64,000 nucleotides of DNA from Chrysomallon squamiferum (taxonomy: Eukaryota; Animalia; Mollusca), in assembly GCA_012295275.1 (NCBI GenBank), contig CM022676.1, positions 11,532,001-11,596,000 of the forward strand, in the 5' to 3' direction. A program made the translations under genes and the position numbers. A model generated the notes under the pieces. That model was not told the origin of the DNA. It ran no database searches and saw nothing but the letters and a program-made list of their open reading frames with translations. This document shows positions 47,970-64,000 of this stretch, piece after piece (within the stretch, counting starts at the first letter, position 1; each line of letters opens with the position of its first letter).

Positions 47970-50450
47970 CTTGTAGCAGTAAATCTAAATAATAACTGAT
48001 CGCTTTGTAATGGAACATATTTAATAAATCTGTCAATGTCTCTATAAATCTGTATTATGTTTATCTGTTCATCTTTCTGTCTACCTATGTGTGTGTTTGT
48101 GTTTATGTATGTATGTATGTATGTATGTATGTATGTATGTATGTATGTATTTATTATTTGTAGCTTGATTTTGTTACCAAGCGGGACTGACGTCGGAAAG
48201 TCAGAGGAGTTATACTTAGGTACAGTAAAAACATTTACTTTTTATTTATTTATTTATTTATTTAATTTTATCTAAACTTAAATTTTGTCACATAAAAAGA
48301 AATTTTAAAATCTTTTCCATTTTATTAGGAAACAGATAAAAAAAAAAATAACAACACTGGTTATATAACAGTATTTTTCTACAGCACATTTCTACCAGCT
48401 ATAACTTGTCAAACGAGTACAACTGTTACTATTTGTATTTTTAACAGGAGACAAGTTTTTTCACGATGAAGCTCAAGAGGACTGTCCATTTCCCAGAACA
48501 ACAAGTGTAGTCAGAGATATGCCAGTAAGCTTTGTTTTATCTAAATATACTACTTACATATATATGTATATGATGTATGTATGTATGTACATATGTGTGT
48601 GTGTGTGCATATACATGTATATATATAGAGAGAGACACACACACGCACACACACATTTATATGGCTATAAGTATATAACTATATATATATATATAGACAG
48701 GTGTTTATATTTGCTAGGTAGTCACTGATGGCTCAGAAGATGACATGGCAGAGCTAAGTTTGCCGCCAGGTTTTGAGTTACGACATTCTGGAGAAAACGA
48801 GCGTGTTGGAGTTTGGACAACACATTTCTTTCCCAGTGGATCGCGGTTCGGCCCGCTCTTTGGAAAGATTTACATGGAGAAGAAGCTGAATATTCTGGAC
48901 AAAAGTTTCAAGGTAAAAGAAAAACAGAGACAGTGCTTTGGGTAGTTGATGCATACAATATGGCACCTGCAAAAGGTTTTATCTTATACAAGAACAAAAC
49001 TCATATTTCACATTGCGGGCCACATTAACCTAGTGCTGCACTGTAGCTTGTGTTACAACGTGAGCCTAAATTAAAAAATTAAATTAAAAATTACAAAACA
49101 CAAAACAAATTTTAGACATTTTGTTCAGTGTCTTTATAATCCGTACGACACGCTAAACACGTGTCAAAGTTCTCTGTGATTTACACGTAAAACTGAACTA
49201 AAATTCTGATCTAAAACTTGTACGTTTCTGTGATGTGCGCAAAACTGAAAATAAGGGGAAAACAGACGTACACGACAGTGAGGAGTCAGGAATTGTGTAG
49301 TACTACATAAAACAACCCGCTTCATTATCGTCACTGACAACACCGACACCAACCTCTGAAAACCACATCACACTTTCGAGTAGGAGTCAGGAATTGTGTA
49401 GTACTACATAAAACTTAAAAAAACAACCCGCTTCATTATCGTCACTGACAACACCGACACCAACCTCTGAAAACCACATCACACTTTCGAGTAACAATTA
49501 CCGCTCCAACACAATAAAAACAAATTCAAACTGAACTAATTAGATGCAACATGGCGAACAAAGCAATATCTTAACATCTAAACATCACAAACTGTAACGT
49601 GATTTAATAATGAATAATTAAAAAGACTATACTAAAAGTTGTAACTTTAGTAATATTGTCATGAACTTCAGGTCCGGTATCGCGTGGACAACGAACGGAA
49701 ACATTTCTCGAACTGGTTGAGGTACATCACGTGGTCACCCGCTGTTGCTGATAGCAACCTCGTCAGACGGAGTGATGAGTCAAAGATATATTACTACGCA
49801 GTGAGAGATATCCAGCCAGGAGAACAACTGAAACTGTGGACCGGATCACTCTTTGCCGAGAGTATAGGTCAGCCAGGATCTTGTAGAAATATTAAACATG
49901 ACGGTAAGTACAAACAGCAGACAGTAACGACAAATACTACAACTACTACTACTACTACTACTACTACTAATCTTGCAACTACTCCATTACAACTACAGCA
50001 GTTACTTATACTACATATATGACTACTAGTAGAACATGCTGCTACATACTTCTCTAATACTGCCACTACAACAGCAATGGTTACTACTACCTCTACCACC
50101 ACCACAATACTACTACAATTGCTACTACTACTATTCTTGCGACTACTCCTGCATCTGCTACTACAACAACAGTTACCTGTACTAAATACACGACTACTAA
50201 TAAGAAAATGTTGCTATTACTACTCCTACGTCACTAATACTCCTATTACAGCAACAACAATGACTACTACTACTGCTAATACCACTGCTATGCTTAGCAC
50301 AAATATTACTAGTACACTATTCTGACAAGGACTAACGTTACTACAACTACAACGACATTTACTACTACTGCAGGTTCATTGTCAGTTTTCCGGACACTGC
50401 TAGTTCGGAACGTCTGTAAGTCCAGACAAAATTAGGACGGGTAAACTAAC

Positions 50451-50481
<31 letters not shown>

Positions 50482-50867
50482 TTAATAATACGATTTTATT
50501 GTAGTTGCCTGTACCTTTTATACTAATATATTTCATTTAATTATTACATTTTTAATGACTAACCTGATTTTTTGTGTTGAAGATTGTTCTAATAAACTTA
50601 TTTCATTTTTGCTAATCTAGTTCACTTAATTTACAGATAATATTTGTTAGAAAATCTAATAGTACATATGACTACTTTATTAATACTACTGTTTTGTTTC
50701 AGTTCTAAAACGATTACTTCTGTTTCTCTTACTGAACGATTTCTCGACATCTGTTACCATAACGACGATTATCTGTACTCTTACAACTACTACTACCTCC
50801 ACGATTATTACTTGTGTTATTTTGTTAAAAAAAAAATTATTTTTATTTTTTATCTATTATAATAATA

Positions 50868-50903
<36 letters not shown>

Positions 50904-53900
50904 TTATTTATTTATTTATTTTTTAAGAATCCTGCTGGCCATTTTTCTATCACTGTGAACAAGGATCATGTTTGATTGACAGCTGCTCACTGGAGGAGGG
51001 CGTGGCTTTAAAACAGCTTGAAATGGAAGAAGAAATGAAGGAAGAAGAAGATGAGAAAAGTAAGTAACCACTGTTAGTAAGTTAGTAAGTTAGTAAATAA
51101 ATACAATCAAATCTCTTCCCAACGAAGATATTGGTGCTCAGGTTTTTATTGGCTTAACAATGTTTCTGAGGTTGTGAATTACTGCATGAACCAAACCTCA
51201 GTATAACCAAGTTGTCTCGTAGAATAGCAAAAAGTATTCTGAGTTACAAACACCTTCATTTAGACCGTCTCTTGAGTACTGACAAACGAATTTAAGGAAG
51301 CTAAGAAAGTGAGCACAAAAAAATATAGAAAAGAAAGCTGAACAATTTACATCGCTTTATTCCTTTCAATGACTTTTACGTTTTGAAGAATTGCAAGACA
51401 GACATTTGTTTTGAAGTCAGTGATGTGAGGAAATTAACAGGAAATCACGTGACGAGTTGTAGTAAGGGAAAATATTATACTGAACCGCCATCTTTAGTAC
51501 AGATGCAACTCATTCAACACGTCGTTAAACAGCCAGAGTAACTGACGATGAGAAACAATGATGTTGTTGTGACAGTCAGTAAAATATCCTGCGATATTTG
51601 ACAGACCTCACATACACTGATGTTGAAAACCTGCAGCTCGCTGATGTGTGTCTGTGTGTGTGTGTGTCTGTGTATGTGTTTAGTTTTCTTTGTGTCTATA
51701 TTCGCCTGTATGTTCGAAATTTGCCAGACGCCCCTCCTCTCCACTGATGACGGTTTTTCTGTTGACGTATGTGATGTCATCCCCCCCATATCAGTACGTC
51801 AGTCACTGCCAGTACGCAATCTCAGTACAAACTGGGCGTGGCTTGAGAATGTACGTCCAACACATTAGCCACAGATCAAACCACCAAGTCGCAATCATTA
51901 TAGTCAACATGCTGTAATACAGAACCGACTCCAGCAGTTTGTTCTAACTGTACTATTCATGTTAATCAACTGACAGCCTTTTTCAGTGTACATTTTCACC
52001 AGTATACTCTTGTATGACCGTAATTACAGCTAGACAAAAACATGCTGGTGACGTGACGAATAGATTCGATTTAATGTGTTTCTAATTTAGTTGTCAATCT
52101 GTGATGCTTTCTGTTAGTAAGTTAGTAAATGACACTGCTGCTTGTGGGAAGGTGCTTACAAACAGTTCTTTGCAGCTAGTTAATTAGCCTTGATATGACA
52201 GCAGAATGTTTATGTTCTTCATCTGTGTGTGACGTGATACATACAAAGAACATACACACAGACATACACACAAAACACAGACTCATTACCTGTACATATA
52301 TATATATATACAGACACACACAAACAGGAAAACAAGCAGAACTAAACTGTGAAAATGATTTTTCTGACATCGTGTTTTTTCTTAACTTCCAGTAACTGGT
52401 TTCTCGGGATATTTCCGGTATCAGCTGCATATTCCTTTAGCTATCTTTGAACCTTTGTATGTTGTCAGAAATAGTAAGGTAACTTTACTATTAATAAAAT
52501 AGTGTCAGAAAATCAGAAATAAAGCGTTGTTTTAATTTATTATAATGTTCCTTACAGTTGTAACCAGTGATTATATTTTACACCACTTCTTTAATCTGTC
52601 TTTATACACAGAGTAACTCTTACATTTAGTTTTAACCTAGTTTATTGAATGTTAGTTTTATATTATCATCATCATCATCATTTTTCTTATTATTATAATG
52701 CAGCTACCAATGGATGGTTCTGTAAAAGACAGAGCAATGAGGACTGTGCCTCCGTACATCACAATAAAACAATCTAACATAAAAGGAGCTGGTCTCGGTG
52801 CGTTTGCCGCACACGATATCCCCAGCAGAATGAGATTTGGTCCGTATGAAGGTCTTAAAATTGTCGACGTTATCAAAGACAGAAACAATGATTATGCTTG
52901 GCAGGTTTGTAAACATTTACAACAACAACGACAACAAAGATAATAATAATAATAATAATAATAGCGACAACAAGAACAACAATACTACTACTGCTACTAC
53001 TGGAAATAATAAAAATCTTACAATGAAAGTTATTCACTTTTCAGCTATTACTTCCGTTGCGCTTTTTTTTTTTTTTTTTTACAATACGTCATAATGAGGG
53101 TAACGTAATATTTATGACGTCACTGCAGGTAATCGACGGTAAAGAAAGCTACTTAGTGGACGCCAGGGACGTCTCTCGTTCAAACTGGATTCGTTACGTC
53201 AACACAGCGAACTATTTCAAAGATCAAAACATGGACGCCATTCAGATGCGGAACAACGTCTACTACTACTCGATACGACGTATTCCGGCGGGAACCGAGC
53301 TGCTCACGTGGTTTGGCAGTTACTATGACAACGTCCTGGGAATAAAAACTCGTGAGCCGGAGGACTGCTGGAACGATTTGCTGATCGGTGAATCATCTTT
53401 TTGTTCTTTCTTCTGTTTCTTCTTCTTTATTCTTTAGCAGTAATAATAGTAGCAGTAGCAGTAGTAGTAGTAGTAGTAATGATAATAGTAGTAGCAGTAA
53501 CAGTAGTAGTAGCAGTAATGATAATAATAGTAGCAGTAGTAGCAGTAGCTGTAGTAGTAGTAGTAATCATAATAATAGTAGCAGTAGTAGTAGTAGCAGT
53601 AGTAGTAGTAGCAGTAATAGTAGTAGTGGTAGTAATAGTTGTAGTAGTAGTAATGGTAGTAGTAGTAGTAATAGTAGTAGTAGCAGTAGTTGTAGCAGTA
53701 GTAGTAGTAGTGGTAGCATTAATAACAGCAGCAGGTGCACATTTCTAAAGGCACAAACAATTTTAAATTTATTTTATATTTAAAATAAAATATAAAAATT
53801 ATAGTAATCTTATAAACATTTAAAAAAAAAAATTGATAATAATAATAATAACCACCAGAACAACAATAACAGTTCTAAATACAAAATGAAAATAAAGCGA

Positions 53901-53935
53901 AGTACTAGGTACTACTAATAATAATTATAATAAAA

Positions 53936-53973
<38 letters not shown>

Positions 53974-54064
53974 TTTCTTTTTCTCAGAACCTTTCTGGCC
54001 GTTTTTCTTCATTTGTTCGAAAGGAAACTGTGCGAATCAGCTGACTTGTCCAATAGAGGAATAA
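47864..54064 (+). CDS. Gene F: putative secreted double PR/SET protein lacking the repeat expansion, intact, 454 aa by hand-splicing
   Basis: Exons 47864-47913, 48164-48219, 48448-48524, 48718-48912, 49672-49903, 50928-51059, 52393-52478, 52704-52904, 53129-53387, 53988-54064. The frame is open throughout. N-terminus MWLILQRFLIVLFQLLSLILLPSG-TD is strongly signal-like. Domain 2 has ELLTWFG. Confidence 0.9.
49281..49492. repeat. Direct duplication of an approximately 100-bp intronic segment in gene F intron 4
   Basis: aggagtcaggaattgtgtagtactacataaaac...cacatcacactttcgagt occurs twice in tandem. Confidence 0.88.
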
Positions 54065-54102
54065 ATCCAGTCTCCGTGGTTTAATAACTGAAAAATTAGT
54101 TT

Positions 54103-55022
54103 TCAGACACACAGAGACACATTATCACAGACAATGTTGACACACAGAGACACATTATCACAGACAGTGTTGACATATAGAGACACATCACAGACAATGT
54201 TGACACACAGACACATTATCACAGACAGTATTGACACACAGAGACACATTATCACAGACAATGTTGACACACAGAGACACATTATCACAGACAGTGTTGA
54301 CATATAGAGACACATTATCACAGACAATGTTGACACACAGAGACACATTATCACAGACAGTATTGACACATAGAGACACATTATCACAGACAGTATTGAC
54401 ACACAGAGGCACATTATCACAGACAGTACTGACACATAGAGACACATTATCACAGTGTTGACACATAGAGACACATTATCGCAGACAGTATTGACACATA
54501 GAGACACATTATCACAGTGTTGACACACAGATACACGTTATCACAGACAGTGTTGACACATAGAGACACATTATCACAGTGCTGACACACAGAGACACAT
54601 TATCACAGTGCTGACACATCTAGACATATCATCACAGAGTATTGACACATTGAGACACATTATCACAGTGTTGACACATAAAGACACATTATCAGACAGT
54701 GTTGACACATAGAAACACATTATCACAGACAGTGTTGACACACAGAGACACATTATCACAGTGCTGACACATAGAAACACATTATCACAGACAGTATTGA
54801 CACAGAAACACATTATCACAGTGCTGACACATAGAGACACATTATCACAGACAGTGTTGACACATGGAGACACATTATCACAGCCAGTGTTGACACATAG
54901 AAACACATTATCACAGACAGTGTTGACACATAGAAATACATTATCACAGACAGTGTTGACACATAGAAACACATTATCACAGTGCTGACACATAGAAACA
55001 CATTATCACAGACAGTATTGAG
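54103..55022. repeat. 33/27-bp minisatellite immediately 3' of gene F, followed by (ACT)/(AGT) and (CA/CATA) low-complexity tracts to about 56310
   Basis: Unit gacacatagagacacattatcacagacagtgtt with 6-bp deletion variants. Confidence 0.9.
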
Positions 55023-55175
55023 ACTACTATGATACTAATGCAACAACTATTATTACTATAGCTTTTACTACTACTACAGCACTACTAAGACAAATACTAT
55101 TAGTACTACTTCCAGGATTATTAATACTGCTGTTGCTGCTGTTACTACTTCCACTACCACTACTGCCATTATTGT

Positions 55176-55217
<42 letters not shown>

Positions 55218-55427
55218 CACTCTTTGCTACTCCTACTCCTACCGTTTGTGTTTTCGTGTTTTTTGTTTGTTTGTTTTCCCCACAAAACTCTTACCGTTTG
55301 TGTTTACGTGTATTACTTGTTAACAATACTGATCGTGGTGACGATGATGCTGATATTAACATTACAACTTGAAATGTATAAATATTATTTATTAGAAAAG
55401 TATTCAGTATATCATAGTGATAGTGTT

Positions 55428-55459
<32 letters not shown>

Positions 55460-56651
55460 ATGGTGGTGTGTTAGTAGTATCAGAAGTAATAATGGTATCA
55501 GTGGTGGCAGTAGTATTGGTGAGGGTGGCATTTGTAGTAGTAGTAGTAGTAGCAGTAACTGTAGTAGTGATAGTAGTAGTAGTAGTAGTAGTAATAGTAG
55601 TAACTGTAGTAGGAAACGTACTATAAATTGTACTAATAATAATAGTAGTAGTAATACCAGTACTAGTAGTACTTGTGGTAGCAGTAGTAGCTGATGCTGT
55701 TGTGATTGTTGTAGTGGTCTTCTGATCTTCGTCACAACATGAGTGATAAAACAGTGAACACGACATCAGTTGTATCAAACCATGCTGCCAGCAATGGCGC
55801 TGTTCAGCTTTGTTTGGTCACAGTTGTTGCACTAGAAGCCGTCGTGGTCGGTGTAGCCACAGTTTGACGGAGAAGTGACGTCATAATAATCGTTTTTCTG
55901 TGAACCCACTGACGTCTCCGATGTGGAGTTTAAAATAATTGTTCTCGGTGGACGCACAAAGAGTGTGTAGATGACGTGTCTGGTGACGCCGATGTTGGTT
56001 ACCATGACAACTTGTAAATCTTGTGTCTGCCCTGTAACCTGACTCAAACTGAGACAACCAATAGATACACACATACATATACACATACATACACACATTC
56101 ATACATACACACATACATACATACACATACATACATACACATACAGACACACTCATACACACACACCGACACACATACACACATACATAGACACACACAT
56201 ACATACACACACATACACATAAACACACAGACACATACACACAGACACACACTGACACACATACATACACACACACACTCATACATTCACATACATATAC
56301 ATACATATACATCCATAACGATTTATGTAAATTACAGAAATTGTATTTTTTTTTTTTTTTTTTTACAAATGTTCAATTCTTCAAGAAGTAAAATATTGAT
56401 TAATCAATAACTCAATACTCTGTTTTGTTTCCTTGGTAACCACTATTTAGGTTAATACTCTGGGTACTTCATTATATGTGCTGAACTTACTGGTGGTATA
56501 CACGTTAACAACTCGCCGAATTAGATGAAGCAAATGTATATGACCTAATATTTCTCCGTTGCTTTTGTTTGTATTAAAAAAAAAAAAAAAAAAAAAAAAG
56601 GTAATAATAATAATAAGTAAGAAGAAGAAGATGAAGAACCGTAAATTCTCT

Positions 56652-56711
<60 letters not shown>

Positions 56712-58007
56712 GTATTTATTATTATTATTTTTAAATAACGTTTATATAATACATATACCGGTGTATTTGTTTATCGTATTTGTTGAAGATTTCTCCACTA
56801 CATATATTTTATTTTATTTTCCTTGTTTTATTAAATGATTAAAAAGCAAACGTAAAAGTAAATTTAATTATAACTTAAGATTTTAAAAATAATATTTAGA
56901 TATTCACTTCACCCGTGCTCGAAACGAAAGTAATACAGAATACAGTTAGTGCTCATAAAATGGAGGAAACACTCACAAAGAATAAAATCGATGGCAGCTT
57001 ACGTGTTAGTAAACGATCGAATTATGTTTTAAATTACAATTCAAAGTCTATTCCAAGGAAAAAGGTAAACGGATTTAATTCTTATTAACGAAAATAAAAA
57101 TAGCGCTTCTTGTTACTGAAGCTTTTAAAAGTTTGTAATGGTAACAGAAGAAAAAAAGGTATGTTAAATCTCTTTGTGACGTTTGTCGTTTAAGTTACAC
57201 TACAACGTTTTGTAACTCGAAATCACGAAATAGGAAGTAAAGTATAAATGACATAAGTGCTTTATTTTTGCTTTTAAAGTAGGAAGTTTAAAATATTTCA
57301 TATCTTTTGCGTAATGAAATTATATTGCTGTTTGATATTAATCATAAATACATCATACAAATGATACAGTATCATGATTATTATTATAAAATATTTTATA
57401 TGGAACTGACAAATATTGAATTAGATAAGATGGAATGGAATGGAAAAAATTTAACGTGTTAATCAGAGCGAGTAGTTGTGAAGCACGTCTGCGACATGCA
57501 CGCTTTCTGACAGGTCAGCGGGCGTGTCTGTCGTATAGATAAAATGTTAGAATGTTTCTTTTATACAGTATATTTGTTGGAAAATTAAACTGAATCTCAG
57601 ATGAAATACTTGAATGAGTATCAAACTGCAATAGTGAAGGCAATGTTACATTTTCATAATGGACTTCTTGTTTAACAAATGACTGAAATAAGTAAACAAT
57701 ATTTATTTTATGTAACAAGACAGTTTTTATAAAAATGATCTTACTGATTGTCATTTGTTTATTTTCAGTTTGAGACAACAGGTGGTTTTCATGTTTGCTA
57801 ACAGTTTAATTGTGTATGAGGAAGATCTGCTAAAATGAGCCAATTCAGCTTAACTCGAAGAAATGGATGCACATTGTTCTAACAGAAACTATACTCTGAC
57901 TACAAACATAACTCAAAACACAGACAAGATTTGAGCTACAGAGATAACTCAAAATATACGGATAACTGAGTGTAGACTTTACTGATGAATCATCACCGGT
58001 GACAAAC

Positions 58008-63523
<5,516 letters not shown>

Positions 63524-63656
63524 CGTCATTAAAACTGTTTTTTGGGGGGTTTTTAGGGGTGTGGTTTTTATTCTTCCCTTGATTTCCTTTAATGAAATCT
63601 GTATTCAGTATTATCACTATTATTATTATTTATTTTATTATTATTAGTGTTATTAT

Positions 63657-63691
<35 letters not shown>

Positions 63692-63727
63692 CCTCCCTTG
63701 ATTTTCTTGAGTGAAATCTGTACTCAA

Positions 63728-63824
<97 letters not shown>

Positions 63825-64000
63825 CCCTATTTATTAATTATTGGTGATTTGGAAGGTAAAGAAGTAAATATTTGTTCATTTTCTTACAAAGAAGGAAGAT
63901 GAATATGTTATATCACCATGGTAACGCACAGTAGTTTGTTGCTATGACAATAATCAAGTGCCTTTTTTTATGATGTGTTTTTTTTTTTTCGTTTGCTTGT

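Noticed and set aside
51620-51660. Short shared motif tgatgt.gaaaacctgcagctcg.tgatgt, also at about 40985-41015
   Set aside because: About 30-bp match next to GT microsatellites, likely a fragment of a dispersed repeat; not enough to define an element.

Overview
AT-rich, microsatellite-laden animal genomic DNA with spliceosomal introns. It is probably invertebrate and possibly mollusc-like, but the taxon cannot be fixed from sequence alone. Left: a minus-strand C2H2 zinc-finger gene (at least 14 fingers) running off the window edge. Centre (5.8-54.1 kb): a head-to-tail array of six paralogous 10-exon plus-strand genes (A-F) that the ORF track only shows in fragments. Hand-splicing at GT-AG sites gives one architecture: predicted signal peptide, a paralog-specific acidic Asp/Glu/Asn/Thr repeat exon (56-2000 nt), then two tandem PRDM9/PRDM7-type PR/SET domains, each ending in a Cys-rich WPFF motif, with no zinc fingers, KRAB or SSXRD. 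These look like secreted double-PR/SET proteins in which domain 1 appears catalytically degenerate and domain 2 keeps the catalytic tyrosines (one Tyr-to-Phe change in F). This is the main candidate for an undescribed system. Right: a complete 10-exon beta-secretase (BACE) gene with a non-autonomous hAT-like transposon in intron 4. Several single-base indels in short homopolymers or repeats look more like assembly errors than pseudogenisation. All gene models were made by eye and need RNA confirmation.
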